From: Candidatus Giovannonibacteria bacterium
GTDB lineage: Bacteria; Patescibacteriota; Minisyncoccia; UBA11713; 2-01-FULL-45-33
NCBI GenBank assembly: GCA_016432405.1
Contig: CP066687.1
Coordinates: 219,040-283,039, forward strand
Direction of reading: 5' to 3'
DNA length: 64,000 nucleotides
Below, piece by piece: positions 18,723 through 27,989 of this stretch; the first letter of the stretch is position 1, and every line of letters starts with the position of its first letter. Below the pieces are notes generated by a model, which worked only from the letters and a program-made list of their open reading frames with translations, did no database searches and was not told where the DNA came from. The position numbers and the translations under genes were made by a program.

Positions 18723-19793
18723 ATGATTAAATTCGTAGATTTTACAAGAGAATACATATCTATAAAGAGCGAAATAGACGCCGCTATCAAGAAAGTCTTG
18801 CGGCGCGGAGTTTTCATTTTGGGTCCGGAGGTGGAAAATTTTGAAAAAAAATTCGCGAAATATTGCGGCGTCCGATACGCCGTGGGAGTCGCGTCCGGCA
18901 CGGACGCGCTCTATTTGAGCTTGCTGGCTTTGGGTATTGGGCGAGGAGATGAGGTGATTGTGCCGGTAAATACCGCTTTGGCGACTGCTATGGCCGTTAA
19001 GATGAGCGGAGCCAAGCCGGTTTTTTGCGACTCTGATGAAAATTTTTTGATAGACATAGACAAAATCCCGGCGCTTATAAATAAAAAAACAAAAGCGCTT
19101 ATCCCAGTGCATCTTTACGGCAGGGCGTGCAATATGGATAAATTAAGAGTCGTCGCAAAAAAACACAAACTATTTTTAATAGAAGATTGCGCGCAGGCGG
19201 CTGGGGCAAAATGGCGCGGCAAAAAAGCCGGCGGCTGGGGGGATTTTAGCTGCTTTAGTTTTTATCCGACAAAGAATTTGGGCGCTTACGGGGATGGGGG
19301 AGCCGTAACAACAAATAGCGAAGACCATTATAAAAAATTACGGGCATTGCGCTTTTACGGGGCGCACGACCGGATAACCAGCGCGATGTTCGGCATAAAC
19401 AGCCGTTTGGACGAAAAGCAGGCCGCGATTTTGAGCGTTAAGTTGAAATATCTGGATAACTGGAACAAAAAAAGAGCGTCCCTGGCCGATCTTTATAGAA
19501 AACTGATTACTAATAAAAATATTACTTTGCCTGCGGCAAATTCTGGCGAACACGTCTATCATTTATTCGTCGCGCGCGCGAAAAACCGCGACGCTCTGAT
19601 GAACGTGCTGAAAAAGAAAAGCGTTCAAACTATGATTCACTATCCGCTTCTTCTTCATGAGCAGCCGGTTTTTAATTACAAAGGCAAATTTGCCAACGCC
19701 GAAAAATATTCCAAAGAAATTTTTTCTTTGCCTATTCATCCGTTTTTGAAAAAAGAAGAAGTAGCGCGGATAGCCAAAATTTTAAATGCGTGA
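18723..19793 (+). CDS. DegT/DnrJ/EryC1/StrS family sugar aminotransferase (FdtB/QdtB-like)
   Basis: ILGPEVENFEKKFAKYCG...AVGVASGTDAL; FSFYPTKNLGA contains the PLP-lysine region. I chose the ATG at 18723, directly after the upstream stop. Confidence 0.75.
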   Translation: MIKFVDFTREYISIKSEIDAAIKKVLRRGVFILGPEVENFEKKFAKYCGVRYAVGVASGTDALYLSLLALGIGRGDEVIVPVNTALATAMAVKMSGAKPVFCDSDENFLIDIDKIPALINKKTKALIPVHLYGRACNMDKLRVVAKKHKLFLIEDCAQAAGAKWRGKKAGGWGDFSCFSFYPTKNLGAYGDGGAVTTNSEDHYKKLRALRFYGAHDRITSAMFGINSRLDEKQAAILSVKLKYLDNWNKKRASLADLYRKLITNKNITLPAANSGEHVYHLFVARAKNRDALMNVLKKKSVQTMIHYPLLLHEQPVFNYKGKFANAEKYSKEIFSLPIHPFLKKEEVARIAKILNA

Positions 19794-21522
19794 ACACGGC
19801 TTGATTATTATTTTGGGGCTCCTTCTGACTCTTTTGATTGAGGCGCCGCTTTTGGTGTTTCCTTTTGTTTCAAAAAATTATCAGGGCATCAACATTCCGC
19901 ATTTCGGCACCGATTCGCATTTTTATTTAAGCCGCGCCAAAGAAGCTTTGGAAGGGCGCGGCATGGGCAATCCGTGGCTGCGCGAAGGCAAGGAGCGGCA
20001 AGACATTATGTTTATGTATAACGAGCGCGCGCTTACTGCGCCGATAAGATTTCTGGGGCTTGCTGATAGAATCAATGTTGTAACTCTGTATAACATCTAT
20101 AATTTTATCGGGATTTTTATTTTGATTTTACTTGCTTATTTTTTTGTTTGGCAACTTTCGGGAAGCAAACTTTTATCCGCCGTCGCGGCGGTGTTTGCGA
20201 TCGGCGGCTACCATATTGTCTACAGGCAATTTCTTTACAATGATTTCAACATCTACGGCCGGCCGATGTTTCCTTACATGAGTTCTTTGGCTTTTTTTGC
20301 GTATTTAAATCTTTTAGTGTTATGGCTTAGGACGAAAAAATTTATTTACGGGCTTTTCTCCGCCGTCGCGCTTGGTTCGCTTTTTTACATATACTTTTTT
20401 GCCTGGACTTTCGCTTTGGCTTTAAACGGAGCGCTGTTTTTGCTGTATTTTCTAAAGCGCGAATGGGCGCCCGCAAAATCGCTGACTCTTATTTCCGCGG
20501 CCGGCGTACTTATCGGGTTTTATAATCTTTTTCAGATGTGGGCGCTCTTTCAATCCGACATCGGCGCGCAGATTGCGTATTTCCATTGGTCAAGCCGCAC
20601 GCATCTGCCGATTTTCAGTAAAATCGGCGCCGCCATGCTTTTGCTCCTCGCGTTTTTTTGGTACCGGAAACGAAATAATGAAAGGATTATTTTAATTTCG
20701 GCTTTGATTTTGGCCGGCTGGATTTCTTTAAACCAACAAATAATCACCGGCAAGGCGGTTGAGATCGGGCATTACTACTGGTATTTCATTGTCCCGCTTT
20801 CCATTCTCGCCGGCTTGTACATGTTATGGGAACTGCTGGATAATTTCGCGTGGCGGAAGCAGTTGTTTGCGTCTATGCTGGTTGTCGTATTTTTGCACGG
20901 CGCACTGGGGCAGTATCGTTCTTTTTTCATTACCTTGCCGGGGAAGGAATATGAGCAATCATACCGGCCGATAATTGCGGAATTAAAAAAAGACGCTGCC
21001 CCCGGAGTTGTATTGGCCGCGGACGACTATTTGGCTTATCTGATTGCAATTTATACCGACCGTGATTTATTTTGGGCGGGAGCGGCTTCGCAGACGATAA
21101 TGCCTTTTTCGCGTTTTTCCGACATGCTTTATGTTTACGCATATTTAAATAAAGAGGCGCGAGGGGATTTTGCCGGCTACTTGCGCAGCTTGATGAGCGA
21201 TGCAACCGACGACTCTTTTTATAAAGGCCTTTACGGATTTATAGAGGGGTTTTCCTCCGGCATGGATTATTATGATTATGTTTATAAAGCGAAAACAGAC
21301 AAAAATGTTATAGGTCCGCACAGGGAGCGGCTGATTGCCGATCTCGCTCGCGAATATTCTCAATTGACGGGCGGCGGCGGGATGGCCGGCTTGTTGAAAA
21401 AATACGGCGTCAAATACATTGTTTGGGACAAAAACAGACATCCCGAATGGGACTTGTCTTTTCTGAAATTTAAACTGCTTCTTGAGCATAACAATATAGA
21501 CCTTTACGAGGTTATATATTGA
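19786..21522 (+). CDS. Large polytopic membrane protein, putative GT-C-type glycosyltransferase (paralogue 3)
   Basis: Same architecture as 5400..7139 and 7144..8967. Shared motifs include INQQIITGK, YYWYF and a C-terminal YIVWDKN..PEWDLS. Confidence 0.5.
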   Translation: MREHGLIIILGLLLTLLIEAPLLVFPFVSKNYQGINIPHFGTDSHFYLSRAKEALEGRGMGNPWLREGKERQDIMFMYNERALTAPIRFLGLADRINVVTLYNIYNFIGIFILILLAYFFVWQLSGSKLLSAVAAVFAIGGYHIVYRQFLYNDFNIYGRPMFPYMSSLAFFAYLNLLVLWLRTKKFIYGLFSAVALGSLFYIYFFAWTFALALNGALFLLYFLKREWAPAKSLTLISAAGVLIGFYNLFQMWALFQSDIGAQIAYFHWSSRTHLPIFSKIGAAMLLLLAFFWYRKRNNERIILISALILAGWISLNQQIITGKAVEIGHYYWYFIVPLSILAGLYMLWELLDNFAWRKQLFASMLVVVFLHGALGQYRSFFITLPGKEYEQSYRPIIAELKKDAAPGVVLAADDYLAYLIAIYTDRDLFWAGAASQTIMPFSRFSDMLYVYAYLNKEARGDFAGYLRSLMSDATDDSFYKGLYGFIEGFSSGMDYYDYVYKAKTDKNVIGPHRERLIADLAREYSQLTGGGGMAGLLKKYGVKYIVWDKNRHPEWDLSFLKFKLLLEHNNIDLYEVIY

Positions 21523-21523
21523 T

Positions 21524-23173
21524 ATGCAGAGCGGCAGGGAAACTATCGTAATCGTTGGCTATGGCTGGGTGGGGCAGGCAAACGCCTTGGCGCTTACTCG
21601 GATGGGACACGAGGTTTTTTACTATGACATCGCGCCGCCTGTTTTGAGATATGCGGATAAGCACGCCGAGCTTTATGAAAGAATAAAACCGCTCGGAGAA
21701 GTTTTAGAAAAAGACGGCGAAAACACTTGGTATATTGTCGCCGTGGGAGACAGGGTGCTGGAAGACGGCTCGCAGGATATAACGCTTATAAAAAAAACCT
21801 TGGACGCGTTGAAACCGGCGCGCGGCAGAATAATTTTGCGCTCAACCGTTTTGTCGCAAAATTTGGAGAAGCTCAATTTTGATTTTTATGTTCCGGAATT
21901 TTTGCACGAACGCCACGCGGTTGAAGAATGCTTGAACCCGTATTATTTTGTTTTGGGCAAGCGAGGCAATATAGATGAACCAAATTTTTTGATGGACTGG
22001 CGGCTCCGGGCTAAAAAAGTTTTTAAAGGCACCCCCAAGCAGGCGTCCTACATCAAATATCTCTCCAATCTTTGGAACGCGGCCAGAGTCGCTTTTATAA
22101 ATGAATTCGGTGACTTGGCGCGGGACGAGGCGGTTATTGATTTTGTTTTTGAGAAAAAAAATTATTTGAGATATGGACAGGCGTTCGGCGGGCATTGCCT
22201 GCCCAAGGACCTTTTGGCGTTCTGGAGCGCGCACGCGGCGGATAAGAATGTAGAGCTCCTTCGCGCGGCTTATTTAAGCAATGAGCTCCACAAAAAAAGC
22301 GAGGCGGAGCAGGGCCCTTTGCCGGAATGGTTTTCGTCTTGGGAGGAGGAGCGGCGGGCGCTCGGCGAGATGCGCACGGGGGCTTTTTTGTGGAATAAAT
22401 TTAATTTAGCGCCGCCGGTTCAGGCGGCGCGGAGGAGATTAAGGTTTTTGGTGAATATCGCCTCGCGCCTTACTCCGAAGAGGTCGTTGGGAAACGTTAA
22501 AGAGATTTGGAATGATTTGGCGCGCAAAAACGCCAGATATTTCACGAACACCAAAACGCCGAGCGGCCGGGACGTAAATGAATTTGAGCTTCGGGAAACT
22601 GGTTTGGCGGATTATGAAAAATATGTCGCCGAGGATACTTTGCTCGCGCCGGTTTTGCGCAATCCGCCAGCTGGCCCCGACGGCACCGTCGGGGCTGGCG
22701 GACAAAATCAGTCAAGCGTTCTGGAGGTCGGCTGCGGGCTTGGGAGAATGACGGAATTTTTTCCGCGGCATTTTGCCAAAACTTCGGCTATTGATATCTC
22801 GGATATTATGGTGGAAAGCGCCAAAAAAAGGGTGGCGGACGCGAAAAACATAGATTTTAAAATTTCTGACGGCAAAACCATTGCCTTTCCGGACAATCAT
22901 TTTAATTTGGTTTTTTCATACCAGACGCTTCAGCATATCCCCGCGCGCGAAATTTTGGCTGAAAAATTTACAGAAATTTATCGGACATTGAAGCCCGGCG
23001 GGATGGCGAAACTGCATCTTCGCACTGGGCGTGGCCCCTACAAATGGCACTGGGCGTACGGCGTTTCGGTAACGCCCGTTGAAACAAAAGGGCTTGCCGA
23101 AACCGCCGGTTTTAAATTTATCAAGCACGAAATAGAAAACCCAAAAAGCTTATGGGTTTGGCTTGCTAAATAA
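21524..23173 (+). CDS. Chimeric protein: nucleotide-sugar dehydrogenase-like N-terminal region fused to a class I SAM methyltransferase C-terminal domain
   Basis: IVIVGYGWVGQANA Rossmann motif. GGHCLPKD matches the catalytic-Cys motif of UDP-glucose/GDP-mannose dehydrogenases. C-terminus VLEVGCGLGRM...LKPGG is an MTase. Confidence 0.5.
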   Translation: MQSGRETIVIVGYGWVGQANALALTRMGHEVFYYDIAPPVLRYADKHAELYERIKPLGEVLEKDGENTWYIVAVGDRVLEDGSQDITLIKKTLDALKPARGRIILRSTVLSQNLEKLNFDFYVPEFLHERHAVEECLNPYYFVLGKRGNIDEPNFLMDWRLRAKKVFKGTPKQASYIKYLSNLWNAARVAFINEFGDLARDEAVIDFVFEKKNYLRYGQAFGGHCLPKDLLAFWSAHAADKNVELLRAAYLSNELHKKSEAEQGPLPEWFSSWEEERRALGEMRTGAFLWNKFNLAPPVQAARRRLRFLVNIASRLTPKRSLGNVKEIWNDLARKNARYFTNTKTPSGRDVNEFELRETGLADYEKYVAEDTLLAPVLRNPPAGPDGTVGAGGQNQSSVLEVGCGLGRMTEFFPRHFAKTSAIDISDIMVESAKKRVADAKNIDFKISDGKTIAFPDNHFNLVFSYQTLQHIPAREILAEKFTEIYRTLKPGGMAKLHLRTGRGPYKWHWAYGVSVTPVETKGLAETAGFKFIKHEIENPKSLWVWLAK

Positions 23174-23209
23174 AAACACCCTTGTTATAATCCGTAAGGA
23201 GGTAAAAAT

Positions 23210-24214
23210 ATGAAAAAAATACTGATAACCGGAGGGGCGGGGTTTATTGGATGCCATTTATCCAGGCACCTATTGGACACGCATAAAGAGGATTTAGAGC
23301 TGGTTTTAGTTGACAATCTCCAGCGTGGGACAATGGATGAGGATTTTAAGAAGGTTTTGGAAGACAAACGGGTAACGTTTCTGAATCTTGACCTTACCGA
23401 TCTTGCCTCTTACGCCAAGCTGGGCGCGGGATATGACCACGTCTATCATCTGGCGGCGATTAACGGAACAAAGCTTTTTTACGAAATCCCGCAGGAGGTT
23501 TTGCGCATAAACGCGCTCTCGCTTATCTATATGCTGGAATGGTTCAAAAAGCATAGTGCTCAAGGCAAGTTTTGTTTTACTTCGTCAAACGAAGCATACG
23601 CAAGCGCCCTCTCCGCTTTCGGGAAGCTTCCGATTCCTACGCCGGAGAAAGTTCCTTTGGTGATTGACGATCCCTACAACGCGCGCTGGTCGTACGCTTC
23701 CACCAAGCTAGTGGGTGAATTGTTTGTGATTCACTACGCCAAGGCGTACAACTTCCGGGCGCTTATCGTGCGGCCGCATAACTTTTATGGTCCGCGCGCT
23801 GGGTATCATGGCCACGTCATACCTGATTTTTCAGAAAGAATCGCGGCTAAAGTTGACCCATTTCCGATTTTCGGCGCGGATGAGACGAGGACATTTTGCT
23901 ATATCTCTGACGCCGTGCGGGCTATGCGGATGCTGATGGATTCTCCAAAAACCGACGGCCAGCCGATAGAGACCGTGCATATCGGAGATTTCCATGAAAT
24001 CACAATGAAGGGACTCGCGGAAAAGTTGTTTGAAATCACCGGCTGGAAGCCGGAAAAATTGGATATCAAAACCGCGCCTCCCGGAAGCGTCCGGCGCCGC
24101 CTGGCGGACGTTTCCAAACTTCAAGCCCTTACCGGCTGGAAGCCGGAAGTTTCGCTGGAAGACGGCCTCAAACACACCTACGACTGGTATTTAGCGAATC
24201 CGAAAAAAGGATAA
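23210..24214 (+). CDS. NAD-dependent epimerase/dehydratase (extended SDR)
   Basis: [14 protein letters not shown]; YASTK is the YxxxK motif; 334 aa. Confidence 0.7.
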   Translation: MKKILITGGAGFIGCHLSRHLLDTHKEDLELVLVDNLQRGTMDEDFKKVLEDKRVTFLNLDLTDLASYAKLGAGYDHVYHLAAINGTKLFYEIPQEVLRINALSLIYMLEWFKKHSAQGKFCFTSSNEAYASALSAFGKLPIPTPEKVPLVIDDPYNARWSYASTKLVGELFVIHYAKAYNFRALIVRPHNFYGPRAGYHGHVIPDFSERIAAKVDPFPIFGADETRTFCYISDAVRAMRMLMDSPKTDGQPIETVHIGDFHEITMKGLAEKLFEITGWKPEKLDIKTAPPGSVRRRLADVSKLQALTGWKPEVSLEDGLKHTYDWYLANPKKG

Positions 24215-24243
24215 AAAAAGAGCCCCAATGGGGGCTTTTTTGT
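24213..24243. terminator. Bidirectional rho-independent terminator between convergent genes
   Basis: GAGCCCC-AAT-GGGGGCT hairpin flanked by an A-tract upstream and a T-tract downstream. Confidence 0.6.
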
Positions 24244-24248
24244 CTGGT

Positions 24249-24710
24249 CTATTTGTTATTGCACCGGACGCAGACCCAGTCTTCTCCTTTTATTTTGACT
24301 ATGTCCCGAAGCGGGATTTCCCCATCCGGATCGTAGAGCCGTGTTTTTATCATCGCCTCGCCGCATCTGGGGCAGGAACTTTCCGTTGTCTTGCCGAGAA
24401 ATGCAGGGTAGTGAATATCACCAGCCCGCCAGTCGGCGATATTTTTCAAGATGTTGGTAAGCTCAACGTGTTTAGGGTGTTTTCTATAAGCTTGGAATGC
24501 CTCGTTGCTCTCAAAAATACCGATTTCAACGAGATGAAAATTCTTTCGCAGGTCGAGGTTCCAGTCCACTTTCCAGAAGAGGATTCCTGCTTCTTTGCCG
24601 CCGCAATCTTGATCTAATGTCTGGTAGCGATCATAGACCTCTTGTCTCTTCACCGCCGTAGAGTACTCTTTAAATGAAATCAAAACTACGTGCCATAGAG
24701 CTCTTTGCAT
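24249..24710 (-). CDS. Dabb-type stress-responsive alpha/beta-barrel domain protein with a C-terminal Cys4 zinc ribbon
   Basis: HVVLISFKE...YRKHPKHVE is Dabb-like; CPRCG...CVRCN is the ribbon; 153 aa. Confidence 0.45.
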   Translation of the reverse strand: MQRALWHVVLISFKEYSTAVKRQEVYDRYQTLDQDCGGKEAGILFWKVDWNLDLRKNFHLVEIGIFESNEAFQAYRKHPKHVELTNILKNIADWRAGDIHYPAFLGKTTESSCPRCGEAMIKTRLYDPDGEIPLRDIVKIKGEDWVCVRCNNK

Positions 24711-24750
24711 ATTCGGCCCTCCTTTGTATTTTCAGTCTAGAACTAGAAAT

Positions 24751-24780
24751 ATACTAGCAGATCGCGGTTTATATTGTCAA
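24751..24780 (-). promoter_or_regulatory. Sigma70-like promoter for the Dabb gene
   Basis: Read on the minus strand: TTGACA, an 18-nt spacer, then TAGTAT, followed by AAGGAGGG 6 nt before the ATG. Confidence 0.4.
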
Positions 24781-24787
24781 GCGGATG

Positions 24788-25894
24788 TTATTTCGCAAAA
24801 AACTTTTTTATCTCGTCGCAAACTCTTAAGATATCCTCGTCCGTCAGCGTGAAGGCCGAGGGAAGCCAGAGGGATTTCGGCAAAAGCTCGGTGCTCACCG
24901 GAAAATTGTCATCAGGGAGCTTGTAGGGAGTTTGTCTGTGGATAGGATGCCAGTATTTTCTGCAATCAATATTTTTTTCGCGAAGATATTTTTCAAGTTC
25001 GTCTCGTTTGTCCGTCATAATATCCGTCCATTGCGGCATTTCTTCACTCGTGGACGGAAAAATTTTTATTTCTTTAACATCTTTTAAGTTTTCCGCGTAA
25101 AGCTCGTAATTTCTCTTCATCCTTGCGAATCTTTCCGAAAGATGCGCGAACTGCCCAAGTCCTACGGCAGCCTGCAAATCAGTCATGCGGAAATTGTAGC
25201 CGATTGTATCATGCAGGTCGTCCCCTCCCGTGCCGCGGACCGGGCGGCCTTGATCTTTCAGCGGGCGCAATTTTTTTAAAATTTCATCGCTGTTCGTCAC
25301 AATCATCCCGCCCTGCCCGGTGGCTAAGGTTTTGTTGGCGGCGAAAGAAAAACATCCGGCATCTCCGAACGTGCCCAAATATTTCCCTCCGCCGGAGGCG
25401 GAATGTTTTGAGCCGAGCGCTTCGGCAGCGTCTTCCACCACGAAAATATTATTTTTTTTGGCGATGTCCAAAATGGCTTCCATGTCGGCGACTCTTCCGG
25501 TAACATGCACCGGGATTATCGCTTTGGTTTTGGGCGTTATGGCTTTTTTTACGGCCTCAACGCTCACCGTAAGCGTTTTTGGGTCAATGTCAACTAATAC
25601 CGGTTTCGCGCCTGTGAGCTCCACGGCGTTTGCGGTTGCGATAAAAGTCGCGTCAGGCACGATGACTTCGTCCTCATGCCCGACGCCGACGGCTTTTAAA
25701 GACAAAAAAATGGCCGCTGTGCCGCTGGTCGTCGCTACGGCGTGTTTCGCGCCAACGAAATAAGCGATTTTCTTTTCAAATTCCTCCGTAAGCGGGCCTT
25801 CGTTTATAAAATTGGTGTCCAGCGCTCGCTTGATGAATTCGTAGTCCTCTTTTTCAACCCGCGGCTGCCACCAGGGGATTTTTTTATTTTCCAT
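24788..25894 (-). CDS. DegT/DnrJ/EryC1/StrS family sugar aminotransferase
   Basis: WWQPRVEKEDYEFIKRAL...AVATTSGTAAI...FSFAANKTL; 368 aa. Confidence 0.75.
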   Translation of the reverse strand: MENKKIPWWQPRVEKEDYEFIKRALDTNFINEGPLTEEFEKKIAYFVGAKHAVATTSGTAAIFLSLKAVGVGHEDEVIVPDATFIATANAVELTGAKPVLVDIDPKTLTVSVEAVKKAITPKTKAIIPVHVTGRVADMEAILDIAKKNNIFVVEDAAEALGSKHSASGGGKYLGTFGDAGCFSFAANKTLATGQGGMIVTNSDEILKKLRPLKDQGRPVRGTGGDDLHDTIGYNFRMTDLQAAVGLGQFAHLSERFARMKRNYELYAENLKDVKEIKIFPSTSEEMPQWTDIMTDKRDELEKYLREKNIDCRKYWHPIHRQTPYKLPDDNFPVSTELLPKSLWLPSAFTLTDEDILRVCDEIKKFFAK

Positions 25895-25895
25895 A

Positions 25896-27112
25896 TTACT
25901 TTATTATTTTTGGCGTTGGCAACGGCATTATAAATTTGCCCTTATATCCGTTTTTGCGGAGTATCTTCATAAGCTCTTCTCCGATGTGCCAGGAAAGCAC
26001 TAAAGCGTAGTCCGGCTGGTCTTTGAATAATTTGTTTTCCTCGAGCACGGGAATATGCGTTCCGGGGGTGAAGAGGCCGATTTTGGGCGAGCCGGCTTTT
26101 TCAACGGAATAATCAAGAATCCGGCTGTCTATTTTCGTAAAGCCCAAAAGGGTGTTGGAGCGGGCGGAACTGGTTATCCCCGCTATTTTTGCCCTTTTTT
26201 GTTTTAAATCAATCAGCAGTTTCAGCAGATTATTTTTCGCGCTTATTGCCTGCGTTCTGAATCGCGCCCAGTTTTTTGGGTCGTAAAGTCCGGCGCGCTC
26301 TTCATCGCGGATAAGTTTTTTGGCGCGTTCGGACATTTTCTTTTTTCCGGCCGCCGCGTAAACCCTTATTGACCCGCCGGCGGCGGAGATGCGCTCGGCG
26401 TCAATCAAGCTCATCCCGGCGAGAGCAAAAAGCTTGATTAAGGGCTTGAGAGAATAAAACCGCAGGTGCTCATGGTATATAGTGTCAAATTCAAATTTTT
26501 CCACGATATCCATAAGATATTGCGATTCGGAAACAAACACTCCGTCCGGCGCAAGCACGTTTTTGATATTTTTTGTAAGCTCAACTGGGTTTGGGATATG
26601 CGCAAAAGTGTTTGTTGCGGTGACGATTTTCGCTTTTCCGTATTTTTTTAATATTTTCTTCGCGGTGCTTTGTGTGAAATATTCCTGTATTGTCGGGATG
26701 CCGCGTTTATTCGCGTCTTTCGCGGCGTCAGTCGGCTCTATCCCCAAAACGCGCACGCCTTTTTCTTTAAAACCCTGAAGGAGTGTTCCGTCGTTTGAGC
26801 CGATATCTATGATTAAGTCATTTTTGGAAAGATTATATTTTTTTTCCACGGAGCCGGCGAGCTCGCGGAAATTCCTGATAAGCATATTCGTAAGCCCGGT
26901 GCGGTACGGATAGTTTTTCGGGAAAACGAGCTCGGGAGCAATGATTGAATCCAGTTGCAAAAGCCCGCATTTCGCGCAGCGGCATAAATTGAGCGGATAA
27001 GTCATTTCCGGTTTGCCCAGTTGTTGTTTTGTTAGATACGCCTGCACAATCGGCTGATGCCCCAAATTCAGCACCGACTCCAGTTTTTTATTTCCGCAGA
27101 TTTGACATTTCA
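25896..27112 (-). CDS. NDP-hexose C-methyltransferase family (TylCIII/EryBIII-like: zinc-binding domain, MTase, C-MTase C-terminal domain)
   Basis: The start MKCQICGN...CRCAKCG is the zinc-ribbon N-domain. LIIDIGSNDGTLL is motif I. I chose the minus-strand ATG at 27112; the longer ORF-track extension to 27554 is probably spurious. Confidence 0.6.
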
Positions 27113-27120
27113 TGACTATA

Positions 27121-27149
27121 TTATAACCTATTGCATTTAAATTGGTTTT
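27121..27149 (+). promoter_or_regulatory. Candidate sigma70-like promoter for the 27198 gene, in a divergent intergenic region
   Basis: TTGCAT, a 17-nt spacer, then TATACT. GGAGGG RBS lies 7 nt before the ATG at 27198. Confidence 0.35.
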
Positions 27150-27197
27150 AGTATATACTCTACGTTCAGATGCCCAAAACACAGAGGAGGGCTGAAG

Positions 27198-27920
27198 ATG
27201 AAGACATGGGAGAGATACCCAAATTTGGCTAGAGCGGTTAAAAGGACGCATGAGGAGGTGGAAAGGGAATTCAACGTTCAGGCGTTCCATTGCCATGATT
27301 TTTTCCACGCTTTCCGCGTCAGCAACTGGGCGGAGAGAATCGCACCTGATCCCGAAACCGCCCGGAAAGCTGGAGTCGCAGGGCTTCTGCACAACGATGA
27401 CAGAATTATGCAAATAAAGCTCGGCCTTGGGTTTGCGGACAAAGTTCCCACTGATTTGCGGGTGGAGATGATGATCAGCTGGCTTGATGCCGAGCCCACC
27501 GGGACATTTTTGCCGAAAGAAGAGAAAGAAATCATTAATGCGGTGCTCAAGCATTCCAATCGTAATGGGCCGGATGACAGCTTGGTGCTGATTACATTGA
27601 TGGACGCGGACAGATTAGTGAATCTGGAAGCGGATTGCATTATTCGCAACGGGCAGTATTTCGGAAACGCGCTGCAGGTCGTTGACCCGGTCTATCTCTT
27701 GGATGACCCGAAAGCCAACTTTCGAGATCCACGCTCGATTTTGTGGACGATGCCCACGCGGTTTGATTGGGAGCAAGAAGGCGGATTTGTTGGGTTGCGG
27801 CTGCCAAAGGCCCGCGAATTCGCAAAGAGGCGCTTCGCCTTTTGGCGGCTCTTTATCCAAGAAACGATTGAACAAATTAAAGAATCCGGAGCCGTCCCAT
27901 TCCCGGATTTTGAAAGCTAG
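27198..27920 (+). CDS. HD-domain metal-dependent phosphohydrolase-like protein
   Basis: FHCHDFFHAF contains the H..HD motif; LLHNDDR and DADRL are downstream motifs; 240 aa. Confidence 0.4.
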   Translation: MKTWERYPNLARAVKRTHEEVEREFNVQAFHCHDFFHAFRVSNWAERIAPDPETARKAGVAGLLHNDDRIMQIKLGLGFADKVPTDLRVEMMISWLDAEPTGTFLPKEEKEIINAVLKHSNRNGPDDSLVLITLMDADRLVNLEADCIIRNGQYFGNALQVVDPVYLLDDPKANFRDPRSILWTMPTRFDWEQEGGFVGLRLPKAREFAKRRFAFWRLFIQETIEQIKESGAVPFPDFES

Positions 27921-27933
27921 AAATCTAGCGAGC

Positions 27934-27964
27934 AACCGCCAGCCGAGCTGGCGGGTTTTTTATT
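27934..27964 (+). terminator. Rho-independent terminator
   Basis: AACCGCCAGC-CGAG-CTGGCGGGTT hairpin followed by TTTTTTAT. Confidence 0.6.
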
Positions 27965-27989
27965 ATTATGTTAATTTATATCGTATCGC

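Noticed and set aside
24228-24617. 129-aa plus-strand ORF
   Set aside because: It lies entirely antisense within the Dabb/zinc-ribbon gene and has no motif. It is probably a spurious ORF from an open antisense frame.
27113-27554. N-terminal extension of the minus-strand C-methyltransferase ORF, which would make it 552 aa
   Set aside because: The extension has no homology-like motifs. It overlaps the well-supported plus-strand HD-domain gene and the divergent promoter. The conserved zinc-ribbon domain begins at the internal ATG at 27112.
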